From a virus (taxonomy: Duplodnaviria; Caudoviricetes): 36,045 nt of DNA. The translations under genes and the position numbers were made by a program. The stretch spans positions 1 to 36,045 of IMG/VR virus record IMGVR_UViG_3300016659_000147; one strand, 5' to 3'. The notes beneath the pieces are model-generated. The model saw only the letters and a list, made by a program, of their open reading frames with translations. It was not told where the DNA came from and did not search any database. This document shows, in pieces, positions 26,749 to 35,654 of this stretch (position 1 is its first letter; the number at the start of each line of letters is the position of its first letter).

Positions 26749-27492
26749 TCATTCTGAATTATTATGATTTACATCAGATTTTTGTTTCGGTGTAACAATC
26801 TTTGAAATAAATTTTTTAGTTTCATTATATTTTGCAAATAAATCTGGATATCTCTCATGATACAAAAGATTCTTTTTGCCGCTGCAAGTTTTTAAAACCC
26901 CTTGAAAATGTATCGTTACTTGTGGTTCTTCATTAAAAACCAACATTCCATCTTTAGTTTTCAATTCTGGCAAATTGTTAAAATTATATTTATTGTCAAT
27001 TTTATTTAGACTATATGGGAAATGCTTTACGAGACAGGCAAACACATCGTCATCATGAGTATAAGAACAAAATGTTTGAATCATATCGAATTTATTGAAT
27101 GATTCTGATGAAAATCCTAAAAACCCGTAATTTAAATTTTTACATATAAGAAATCTATCATCTATTTGATCAAAAAGTTCATCTACTGGCAATTGAAACC
27201 AGATATCTGCATCAAAAAATAAGTATTTGTTGCCCTTATTGTTGTCGAATTTTTTTACTGTTAAAAAAGCTGTTTTCTGGAACCCGTTTGCTTCAATGTG
27301 AGGCAGTACTGTGACGCCTAGTTCGATCAGTTTTTTCAATGTTTTTGCAGATAATCCACAGTCAACAACAATAATTTTAGCTTTAGTATCAGCAAATTCG
27401 ATTAAAGAGCTTATCCAGCTTATGCCCCACGGGTTCCAATAGTTTTCATTTAAGATTGTTGTAATGAAATTCAAGTTTCCACCTTCTCGCAT
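26749..27492 (-). CDS. GT-A fold glycosyltransferase-like protein (GT8-like)
   Basis: IIVVDCGL, LFFDADIW (DxD), KYN, IHF; alternative TTG start at 27474 has SD AAGGTGG. Confidence 0.6.
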   Translation of the reverse strand: MREGGNLNFITTILNENYWNPWGISWISSLIEFADTKAKIIVVDCGLSAKTLKKLIELGVTVLPHIEANGFQKTAFLTVKKFDNNKGNKYLFFDADIWFQLPVDELFDQIDDRFLICKNLNYGFLGFSSESFNKFDMIQTFCSYTHDDDVFACLVKHFPYSLNKIDNKYNFNNLPELKTKDGMLVFNEEPQVTIHFQGVLKTCSGKKNLLYHERYPDLFAKYNETKKFISKIVTPKQKSDVNHNNSE

Positions 27493-28526
27493 ATTTTCTT
27501 GCCTACACCAAGTAATTTTTCAAGATCAAGACCTTCATGTCCAACCTGTTGTGCGTACTTGGTGAGCATTTCATCGCCTTGATATAAAATAGCTTTGGCA
27601 TCATGAATTATGTGTTCGTCAATCGTCTTTTTTTGCTGTTTGATTTCGAGACTGGCAAACTGGCTATTTTCTTGTAGTTCCTTTTTTACAGAAATTAAAT
27701 CTGTTGCACCAATATCTGCTACTTTTATCTGGACAAAATTACCTTCAAGGTTATATTTGTCTTTGTCTTCAAGGTTTATAACGAAATGTTTTGGGCTGAA
27801 TTCATTTTCTATGTACTCAATCTCGTAGTTGTCTTGGTCAAAGTCAATGATGTGTTTGGTTTGAAATGCTTCACCAAAACTTAGTTGCAAAGGTGAACCT
27901 ACATATTCAACTTTTCTATTGACTCTTTGTTCAGCATGGTAATGTCCTAAAAACACATGCTTATAATGCTCAAATAAAGCAGCACTTACACGAACCATAT
28001 CTCCATCATGTTCTATAGCTACATCTGATTGTTGTGTTCCGTGTAAAATCGCTCCATCTAAAGCAATGTGGCCAATTGCATATTCGGTCATTGAATGAAG
28101 CTGTTTTAGGATTTCAAGTGTTTCAATTGGATTGTGGGTATAAGGAATAAAATCCCAATTATGCCCTTCGATTTCTATTCTAGAAGGTTTCGATACGACA
28201 TTTACATTTGGCAAAGCCGACAATGGAACAACACTACTGATGCTGGTTTTGTCGTTGAACCAAAGATCGTGATTACCAAGAAGCAAATATATATTGAAAA
28301 TTCTTTGGTTCATCCATTTGTTGAACACTTCAAATGTTCTTTGATAGGTATAAACCTCAATTTTTTGGCGATCATGAAATAGATCACCACCAAAAATAAT
28401 GTTGTTAATTTTACGATCTTTCGCTGTTTGAAATACCCATTCAAGTGCGGTCAAACAATCTTCTAGTCTTTTATTGCTTCGTTTATGTGGATGAACATGA
28501 AGATCGCTAAAAATCAAAACACTCAT
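27471..28526 (-). CDS. sbcD: SbcD/Mre11/T4 gp47-like nuclease
   Basis: FSDLH, GGDLFH, GNHD, GH, LGHYH, YVGSPLQLSFGE; ATG at 28526 with SD GAGGAG. Confidence 0.92.
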   Translation of the reverse strand: MSVLIFSDLHVHPHKRSNKRLEDCLTALEWVFQTAKDRKINNIIFGGDLFHDRQKIEVYTYQRTFEVFNKWMNQRIFNIYLLLGNHDLWFNDKTSISSVVPLSALPNVNVVSKPSRIEIEGHNWDFIPYTHNPIETLEILKQLHSMTEYAIGHIALDGAILHGTQQSDVAIEHDGDMVRVSAALFEHYKHVFLGHYHAEQRVNRKVEYVGSPLQLSFGEAFQTKHIIDFDQDNYEIEYIENEFSPKHFVINLEDKDKYNLEGNFVQIKVADIGATDLISVKKELQENSQFASLEIKQQKKTIDEHIIHDAKAILYQGDEMLTKYAQQVGHEGLDLEKLLGVGKKICEKVET

Positions 28527-28597
28527 ATAAATTCTCCTCAAAAACAATGATCGTTGTTTTTTGCATACAAATCAAGAGCAAAAACATAAATACGACA

Positions 28598-29011
28598 ATG
28601 ATAGATTTCAATCAATTTTTAAGTTTGAAGCTTTTGACCGAAGCTGATCCTCCACCACCTCCAGCAGGCGGGGGTGCTCCTCCCGGTGGTGGCCTTGGTG
28701 GTCCTCCCGGCGGTGCTCCTATGGGAGGAGGTGCTCCACCTCCTTTGCCACCAATGGGTGGCGGCGGCTTAGGTGGTTTAGGTGGTGGCCTTGGTGGTCC
28801 TCCCGGTGGTGGCGGTGCGCCAAGTGGTCAAACGCCAGCGACTAAATTAAAAGCTTATAGTGTTATGAGTGTTTTAAAGGATATTCTCGATAAAGGCCAA
28901 GAATCAAAAGAAGAGAAACCAGAAGAAAAAGAAAAAAAAGAAGATAAACCTAGTGCGCCTGAAGCCGCTGTTGAACCCGGTACAGGTCCAGCACCACCTC
29001 CAGCAGCTTGA
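28598..29011 (+). CDS. Gly/Pro-rich low-complexity protein, possible internal head protein
   Basis: MIDFNQFLSLKLLTE leader followed by PPPPPAGGG repeats; CATAAATA 5 nt upstream of the ATG at 28598. Confidence 0.65.
   Translation: MIDFNQFLSLKLLTEADPPPPPAGGGAPPGGGLGGPPGGAPMGGGAPPPLPPMGGGGLGGLGGGLGGPPGGGGAPSGQTPATKLKAYSVMSVLKDILDKGQESKEEKPEEKEKKEDKPSAPEAAVEPGTGPAPPPAA
28685..28806 (+). repeat. 26-bp direct repeat within the Gly/Pro tract
   Basis: GGTGGTGGCCTTGGTGGTCCTCCCGG at 28685-28710 and 28781-28806. Confidence 0.85.
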
Positions 29012-29019
29012 GATTAAGA

Positions 29020-29463
29020 ATGAAAAAATCAAATGTATTATCTGTTGATCAGATCGAATTTGCCTGTGATAGTTTCAAGAAATGGTTAAAAATTTGCGAA
29101 GCAAATAACAAGCATATTTCTATTTCAGGCGTGGAAGATTCATGGCTTTTACGCAGAATACTTTCGGGAAAAGACCCTCTTGTTGATAAACCTCCCGAAA
29201 GATTTGGTATGCCAGCATGGGAATTGATTGATCGTGATGAAATAGAAATTGAAAGTTTCGACGAATCAGATAAAGGAATTTCAATTGATGAACACAGCGG
29301 CTATTCGTGGGTTGATAAATCTAAGAAGCATTTAAAATATGATCGATTAAATTTACACTATGAACTTATTGAAAAAGAGCAACAACCAAATCAAGATTTT
29401 GTTGATGATGATATCGAATCATATAAGTACACAGCTAAATTTTTAAAAAAATTAAGTAAATAA
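29020..29463 (+). CDS. Hypothetical protein
   Basis: ORF tightly packed in the operon; ATG at 29020 (TTG at 29008 is an alternative). Confidence 0.65.
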   Translation: MKKSNVLSVDQIEFACDSFKKWLKICEANNKHISISGVEDSWLLRRILSGKDPLVDKPPERFGMPAWELIDRDEIEIESFDESDKGISIDEHSGYSWVDKSKKHLKYDRLNLHYELIEKEQQPNQDFVDDDIESYKYTAKFLKKLSK

Positions 29464-29466
29464 ATT

Positions 29467-29652
29467 ATGTCGTTCAAACAATGGTACGAAAACAGGAAGA
29501 AAATCGATGAGGGATTTGGTCCCTATATCGGTCCATGCATAGACACGCCAAACTATCAAGTCATGGGCGCTTGCAGCAATTATAACACAGATAAGAAAAA
29601 CAAAAGCATCAGACAAGGAAATATTGGGCACAAGAAGAAAAAAAGCCTCTGA
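29467..29652 (+). CDS. Small hypothetical protein
   Basis: 61 aa, MSFKQWYE...IDE leader, GPYIGPC...GAC. Confidence 0.6.
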   Translation: MSFKQWYENRKKIDEGFGPYIGPCIDTPNYQVMGACSNYNTDKKNKSIRQGNIGHKKKKSL

Positions 29653-29729
29653 TGAATTTCAGCTTCAACTTCTTTGTTTGCGTGGTAAATTCATTTAACG
29701 CAATTTCAAACACACATAAGAAGGATTCT

Positions 29730-30089
29730 ATGTTTGCTTTGCTATGTACAAATGGTCAGATGACAGTATCTGATGTCATATGTGAATGCGTTGAACAAAA
29801 ATGGATACCATTGTTTGTATTTCGTGATAAAGTCAGTAGCAAAATTAGCTTGCCAGTATTTCACGATGAATCAATTGCTAAATCGTTTATGAAACGGAAT
29901 TTACCGAAAAAATGGAGTCATGGCAGTTTTCTCCTTTGCGAAGAAGACATAAATATTATCATCAGCAAAGGTTGGAATCTGCATATTTTTGAGTTTCCAA
30001 ATAAGATCATTGATCGCTTAGACATTGAAATCGGATTTGAAATTTTTGAAATGGCGAATAAGCCTGATTTTATGACCAGCAGAATTTAA
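29730..30089 (+). CDS. Hypothetical protein
   Basis: ATG at 29730 has SD AAGGA; the track start at 29652 is a longer alternative. Confidence 0.65.
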   Translation: MFALLCTNGQMTVSDVICECVEQKWIPLFVFRDKVSSKISLPVFHDESIAKSFMKRNLPKKWSHGSFLLCEEDINIIISKGWNLHIFEFPNKIIDRLDIEIGFEIFEMANKPDFMTSRI

Positions 30090-30098
30090 GGGGACACC

Positions 30099-31187
30099 AT
30101 GAATCTGACTGACGAACAAAAACAAGTTGTTCGTGGAATCATTAAATCTTTAGATAACAATCAAGTTGTTACTATGGGAGGTCTTGCTGGTACTGGCAAA
30201 TCTACCATTTCTAAAGTATTATTAGAAGCACTTGCTGCTAAGAATAAATCTTTTTGTAGCGCAGCTTTTACTGGTAAAGCAACTAATGTGCTGAGAAAAA
30301 AAGGTATTGCTGCAAGCACAATTCATTCATGCATTTATTCGCCTGTAGTTGATCCTGTCACAGAAGAAACTAGCTGGATCAGGAAAACTAATCACGAAGT
30401 TACCTCTCAGATTGATGGTTTTTTGATTGATGAAGCGTCTATGGTAAGCAAAGAAATTCATGACGATCTTATTTCCTTTGGTTTGCCAATAATTTATGTT
30501 GGCGATCATGGCCAGTTGGAACCGATAGGATCAAAATTTAATTTAATGGAAAATCCTATGTTCCGTTTAGAAACGGTCCATAGAAACGCTGGAGAAATAG
30601 CCCATTTTGCACAACACTTGCGACTCGGAAATGATGCTAGGACATTTGATGGACAAAACAATGTCCAAATCATTAGCGAATCAGGAGTAGAAGATAAACA
30701 TCTGGCTGCGGTTGATCAAATCATCGTCGCCTTCAATAAAACAAGAGTTAAACTCAATAATCGTGTCCGCACTTATAAAAAAATCGATGGCACATTTATA
30801 GCCAAAGGAGAAAAAATAATCTGTCTAAGAAACAACAGACTTGCAGGTTTGTTCAATGGAATGCAAGGAATCGTTTCAAATGTTAGAAAGAAATCACGAT
30901 TTGATTTTGTTTCAGATGGAGAACCATTTATCAACATAAAATACGATCCAGATCAATTTGGACAAGAATCATATAAATTTGTTCAAGGAGGAGACAACCC
31001 TTTTGATTACAGCTATGCAATAACCTGCCACAAAGCTCAAGGCGATCAATTCGGAAATGTAGTCGTATTTGAACAAGAATGCGATAAATGGGACCATGTA
31101 AGATGGACTTATACTGCTGCATCAAGAGCAGTAAACGGGTTGATCTGGATCAATAAAGCAAAATATATACCAACCTATCTCAAATGA
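30099..31187 (+). CDS. SF1B helicase (Dda / RecD-like)
   Basis: GLAGTGKS, AFTGKA, TIHS, IDEASMV, GDHGQL, YAITCHKAQG, YTAASRA. Confidence 0.92.
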   Translation: MNLTDEQKQVVRGIIKSLDNNQVVTMGGLAGTGKSTISKVLLEALAAKNKSFCSAAFTGKATNVLRKKGIAASTIHSCIYSPVVDPVTEETSWIRKTNHEVTSQIDGFLIDEASMVSKEIHDDLISFGLPIIYVGDHGQLEPIGSKFNLMENPMFRLETVHRNAGEIAHFAQHLRLGNDARTFDGQNNVQIISESGVEDKHLAAVDQIIVAFNKTRVKLNNRVRTYKKIDGTFIAKGEKIICLRNNRLAGLFNGMQGIVSNVRKKSRFDFVSDGEPFINIKYDPDQFGQESYKFVQGGDNPFDYSYAITCHKAQGDQFGNVVVFEQECDKWDHVRWTYTAASRAVNGLIWINKAKYIPTYLK

Positions 31188-31758
31188 GTTTGTCGTATAG
31201 ATTTTCCAAACTTGCTTTTCTGCTTTCCCAATAATCGAGGGCTAAATTTTTGGCTTCATTTTTTGAAATCAATTCGGATTCATTCCACAAACTATGCAAT
31301 GTGTCTTCATAAATTGTTGGTGATTGAGGTAAGCTCCTTAATATAACAATCTTTACAATTTGTCCTTTTTCCGCATCTTTCAAACTGTATAAAATAGTGT
31401 TTGGCGCATAAGTTGCAGGTATTGGCGCAGGTGGATTAGGTGGTAGAGAACAATTGGGCGGCACATATGTGCTTTGATCTATGATATCTTGAGCTTCTTG
31501 CAATGTAAGCAAATCATATTCGTTGTACATGGATTTCAGATTATCCACATACATGACAACATTTTTATGCCAACTTTTTACTATGTTTTTTAAAATTACT
31601 TTTTGAATAAAGACTTTTTTGAGTATTCCTTTTTCAGCAGCAGATTTATCATACGCAATTGAATATTTATCAAATTTGTATTTGACATAAAGATTTTTAT
31701 GAACCAAGGCGAAACTGCCCGTATAAACTGTTCCGTCTCCCACATAGTAATATGTCAT
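31180..31758 (-). CDS. Hypothetical protein with an internal duplication
   Basis: Two copies of AEKG..K..I...Y.D.L.S.(Y/W)NE..L....EA separated by a Pro linker. Confidence 0.7.
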   Translation of the reverse strand: MTYYYVGDGTVYTGSFALVHKNLYVKYKFDKYSIAYDKSAAEKGILKKVFIQKVILKNIVKSWHKNVVMYVDNLKSMYNEYDLLTLQEAQDIIDQSTYVPPNCSLPPNPPAPIPATYAPNTILYSLKDAEKGQIVKIVILRSLPQSPTIYEDTLHSLWNESELISKNEAKNLALDYWESRKASLENLYDKLI

Positions 31759-32255
31759 AGACTTAATGCCTCAATCATTTGATTTGCTTTATTTAACTGA
31801 CAAATGATGTAAGATTCATTTGTTCTTGCCAAATCCTGTTCATAAACAAAAACTGTGGGCTTATTTGGATTTGCGATTTCATATCTTATTTTGTCATCCA
31901 AATCATAGTAGAATCCAGTCACGGTATAAGGAGTAGGCGATGCGCTGAAAAATACAGTATCTCCCGGCAAGTAAGTAATCTTTTTCTTAAATTCTTTTGC
32001 TATTTCATCAAAAGCTGCACCATCTAAAACAACACCACCAGAAAATGTGTAGTTTTGAATATGTGAAACTGTTGCAAAACCATCTATTACTACGCCTTCT
32101 TTGAACTTAATCAGAATATTATCAGCGTCACCAGCTACCTCGACACCGCCGCTGCCAATTTTATTGATGAGTCTTTGTGCTAGTGCGACACCATCTACAA
32201 TGACACCTTCCGATGTCGGTTGAAGATTTTGCATGATCCATTGTATAAGTGGCAT
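31755..32255 (-). CDS. Hypothetical protein, possibly structural
   Basis: Repeated (E/G)GV(I/V).DG.A motif; ACTATATA 4 nt before the ATG, no SD. Confidence 0.65.
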   Translation of the reverse strand: MPLIQWIMQNLQPTSEGVIVDGVALAQRLINKIGSGGVEVAGDADNILIKFKEGVVIDGFATVSHIQNYTFSGGVVLDGAAFDEIAKEFKKKITYLPGDTVFFSASPTPYTVTGFYYDLDDKIRYEIANPNKPTVFVYEQDLARTNESYIICQLNKANQMIEALSL

Positions 32256-32308
32256 AATTTATATAGTTTTTAACACTCTATTAGATTCATCAGCGAAAGG
32301 CAATAAAC

Positions 32309-33106
32309 ATGAATTTGTTAAAAAAATGTCGTTATGGAATGATGATCTACAACAATTCTGACATCTGGGTAGGTCGTAGCATTGAAAAATATGGTGAATT
32401 TTCAGAATCTGAGGTTCAAGTTTTTCGTGATGTTGTTAAACCCGGTTTTGCCGTTTTGGATATAGGAGCTAATATTGGTTGTCACGCTGTTGCTCTTTCA
32501 AGACTTGCAGGAGGGTTAGGCGTTGTTTTTGCATATGAACCAGAACGAAACAATTTCAACACTTTGACTGGCAATGTCGCTCTCAACAATTTAAGAAATG
32601 TTTATTGCTTTCAAAAAGCTATTGGTTCTGTTAGCGGCGCAATAGCGGTTCCAGAACTTGATCTTGAAAGAACGGTAAATTTCGGAGGTTTGTCACTAAA
32701 CGAAGATTATTCTGCTGGTGTTCACTATCCCGTGCCTCTAATCACACTTGATGAATGTAATTTCCTCCGACTTGATTTTATCAAAATTGACATTGAAGGA
32801 ATGGAAAAACTTGCTCTGCAAGGGGCGGAAAAAACAATTAAAAACTTGAAGCCAATTCTTTATGTAGAGGATGACAGAGAAGATAAATCCCAAGCTCTTT
32901 ATGAATACTTATGGTCATTAGACTATGTAATTTACAAACATTTAGCGCCACTTTACAATCCAAATAATTTTTTTGAAGACAAAGAAAATGTTTTTTTAAA
33001 TCAAGAAGGAAACCAAATTGTATCAGGAAATATCTTCTGCCATCATCAAGATGTTGCATGTCCAATTGATACCAAAAAGTTTGCCATGAATTTAATCAAC
33101 AGGTGA
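32309..33106 (+). CDS. FkbM-family methyltransferase
   Basis: VLDIGANIG, FAYEP, LDFIKIDIEGME, PILYVE. Confidence 0.9.
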   Translation: MNLLKKCRYGMMIYNNSDIWVGRSIEKYGEFSESEVQVFRDVVKPGFAVLDIGANIGCHAVALSRLAGGLGVVFAYEPERNNFNTLTGNVALNNLRNVYCFQKAIGSVSGAIAVPELDLERTVNFGGLSLNEDYSAGVHYPVPLITLDECNFLRLDFIKIDIEGMEKLALQGAEKTIKNLKPILYVEDDREDKSQALYEYLWSLDYVIYKHLAPLYNPNNFFEDKENVFLNQEGNQIVSGNIFCHHQDVACPIDTKKFAMNLINR

Positions 33107-33109
33107 GTC

Positions 33110-33991
33110 ATGATTTTTCTAGCTTTTGCATTATTCTTTCAAAATACTACTGGTTTTCCATTTGACATTAAAGGAAAAAATGTTGCTGGATTATTTACCA
33201 TGACAGATGAAGCGGGTCGTCTTGAAAATATTCAAATGATGGAAAGAATATTCAAGGACGGTTCTCTTGGTTTCAAGTCAGAAAGCCACCACAATGTTAC
33301 CGCAAAATACATTTACGAAAAACTTACTGTTCTAGCAAAGGAAGTTGGAGATACAGGAACACTTTTGTTTTATGTCAATAGTCACGGCGGTGGTAGTGGC
33401 AAAAGATTTGTTATGGAATCTGCAAGTGGCGACTTCAGATTCAGCAAAGCATTACAGTCGATTGCGAAGGCAAACAAAGTTAAAAGACTAATTGTTTTAA
33501 TCGATACATGTCACGCACAGGGAGGAATACAAGAAGGATGGAATGAGAACGGCGATATGCTTATCAACATCAAAACAGGACTTTATGAATTGCCTGAATT
33601 TTATCGTGTGTCTGAAAAAAATGATTTATTTGATTCTCAAATTCGTGTAAATTACGGCGTTGATAGTGGAGCATATGAAGAATGTTTAGTATTAGCTTCA
33701 ACAAGCGTTGATACATTATCAACACGCACTATTTTCCCGACCAAAATGAAAGAGACACTAGATCGCATCAAAGGCGACAAATTTATTACAGTAGCAGGAT
33801 TTTTGCGTAAATTTGGTGATTCTCATCGTGATGTTGCACAAAGACCATTTTTTAAAGCTTTGCCAAACGACAATGTTCTTTCAGAACCTTTATTTTCAAA
33901 TCTACCAGTCAGAGACATACCTGTCATTGACAGGCAAGGAATTCAAAAAACATATAAGAAAACATATGTCATTTTGCCTTCTGATTTGTAG
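33110..33991 (+). CDS. Caspase-like (clan CD) cysteine peptidase with a hydrophobic N-terminus
   Basis: LLFYVNSHG (His92) and LIVLIDTCHA (Cys134) dyad; VLAST; N-terminus MIFLAFALFF. Confidence 0.72.
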   Translation: MIFLAFALFFQNTTGFPFDIKGKNVAGLFTMTDEAGRLENIQMMERIFKDGSLGFKSESHHNVTAKYIYEKLTVLAKEVGDTGTLLFYVNSHGGGSGKRFVMESASGDFRFSKALQSIAKANKVKRLIVLIDTCHAQGGIQEGWNENGDMLINIKTGLYELPEFYRVSEKNDLFDSQIRVNYGVDSGAYEECLVLASTSVDTLSTRTIFPTKMKETLDRIKGDKFITVAGFLRKFGDSHRDVAQRPFFKALPNDNVLSEPLFSNLPVRDIPVIDRQGIQKTYKKTYVILPSDL

Positions 33992-35345
33992 GCAAGGCAT
34001 TTACAACTTCATCTACTAAGTCTGACCAACTTGTTTTATATCTAAACAAAGTTGCTGATGGATACCAAGGCGTTGTGTTAACGCTATCAGCCCATCGCCA
34101 ATCAGTATCTCGTCCGATCATAATCCATACCGGTTTACCCATAGCACCACATAAATGCGCCAATCCGGTATCTACTGTAATTACCAAATCTAATGAATTG
34201 ATTATTGCCCCAAGTTCTTCAAAATTATTGAATTTGGATTCAAGATCAATCAATGGCAAAGATTCTTTTCCTTCGTTTAGATCAATCTTTCCTTTGATCC
34301 AATTTCTAATGCCTTTTACACCTTTAACAAGGCTGTAAATTTCTACATTATTTTGATCAAAAAGTTTTTTAAAATCTTGTATATGAGCAGATCGTGTTAT
34401 ATCCCTTGAATGATCTGAATTACCACACCAACATAAACCAATTTTAAGTTTTTTATTTTTGTTGAGCTTGAATTTTGAATTTGTTTTCAAATATGGTTTA
34501 ACTTGAATTTTTTCAATATTATCAATTTTATGAATTCTTGGCAAAGAGCATACTGAAATCGCATAATCTGTGAGTGGTGGTTTTGGCCAGTTTGTCGAAT
34601 TTTCTCTAAAAATAACTTCATCAACAAAGTCAAAGTTATTCTTTACGATATCAAATAAAGGTTCTTGCACCTCAACGATAAGTTTTCCACCAAGTTTTTT
34701 GGTTTGTTGAAGAAATCTTGAGAACATCACAAAGTCACCAAGACCTTGTTCGCTGTAAACAAGCAAACTTTTTTTCTTAAAAGGTCTACCATCCCATTCG
34801 TCAGCTAAAAATCTCTTTTTGAAACTGCCAGTAAGAGGATTTACTTTAAAACGATATTCATAAAGATTCCATCCTTCTTCATATTTTCCCTGTCTTAATA
34901 AATTTAAACCAAGATTAAAAAGTATGCTTTCTTTTGTTGGATTGATTTTTGCTGCATTTCTATACATGATTTCAGCATCAGCAATTCTGCCAAGGTTGGT
35001 GAGAACTACTCCTGCGTTGTAGAAAACATCATAATTTTCTTCCTTGGAAAATTTTATAGATTGATTCACGGCTTCAAATGCATCATCATATTTAAACAAT
35101 TGACTATAAGCATGAGTGAGATTTGAAGCAGCAAGCCAATTGCCGGGATCAATTTTATTGATAAATTTAAATATTTCTACAGCTTTTTCATATTCTTGAG
35201 TTTGAGAACACAAAGATAATCCATAAGTCATCAATCCTTGAACAGCAACCCTCTGACCGCACCAGAGAGCCTCTCCTCCTCTGCCTTCATTTTCCAATTT
35301 GTTGATATCGGTGTGAAAATCTAAAAGTATTGAGTCTAAATTCAT
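33969..35345 (-). CDS. TPR-repeat protein fused to a GT-B (GT9-like) glycosyltransferase
   Basis: N-terminal TPRs; EGWNLYEYR, EQGLGD, IGLCWCGN, DLVITVDTGLAHLCGAMGKP, DWRW, TPWYPS. Confidence 0.88.
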   Translation of the reverse strand: MNLDSILLDFHTDINKLENEGRGGEALWCGQRVAVQGLMTYGLSLCSQTQEYEKAVEIFKFINKIDPGNWLAASNLTHAYSQLFKYDDAFEAVNQSIKFSKEENYDVFYNAGVVLTNLGRIADAEIMYRNAAKINPTKESILFNLGLNLLRQGKYEEGWNLYEYRFKVNPLTGSFKKRFLADEWDGRPFKKKSLLVYSEQGLGDFVMFSRFLQQTKKLGGKLIVEVQEPLFDIVKNNFDFVDEVIFRENSTNWPKPPLTDYAISVCSLPRIHKIDNIEKIQVKPYLKTNSKFKLNKNKKLKIGLCWCGNSDHSRDITRSAHIQDFKKLFDQNNVEIYSLVKGVKGIRNWIKGKIDLNEGKESLPLIDLESKFNNFEELGAIINSLDLVITVDTGLAHLCGAMGKPVWIMIGRDTDWRWADSVNTTPWYPSATLFRYKTSWSDLVDEVVNALPTNQKAK

Positions 35346-35418
35346 GAATATTATCCATTTTTAATTTTTGATTACATAAATAATCTAGTTTTGAACGAAT
35401 GATTATGAAAGGGGAAAA

Positions 35419-35643
35419 ATGGGCGATTTATTTGTTGGAAATCTTGATTTAACTATTTTGCGCCAAGACCACATTAAATTAGTGGCGCAGGCAAATATAC
35501 AAGCAAGAACAATCAGAATTATTGAGTTGCAAGAAGAAATCGCTCGTTGCGAGAATGACATTGTTGCACAAAAAAAGGTAATTGAAGAAGCAGAAAAAAA
35601 CATCAAAATTCACAAAGAGGCCAAAGATAAGCAGGGCAGCTAA
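35419..35643 (+). CDS. Small coiled-coil protein
   Basis: 74 aa, heptad-rich; SD AAGGGG; CATAAATA at 35375-35382 upstream. Confidence 0.65.
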   Translation: MGDLFVGNLDLTILRQDHIKLVAQANIQARTIRIIELQEEIARCENDIVAQKKVIEEAEKNIKIHKEAKDKQGS

Positions 35644-35654
35644 AAGGAGAATAA

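Noticed and set aside
28640-28830. Collagen-like repeat, CRISPR array or eukaryotic formin fragment
   Set aside because: No Gly-X-Y periodicity, only two DNA repeat copies with no spacer pattern, and the similarity to FH1 is purely compositional.
29678-29703. TTGCGT...ACGCAA inverted repeat
   Set aside because: Only a 6-bp stem with a long loop and no U-tract; likely chance.
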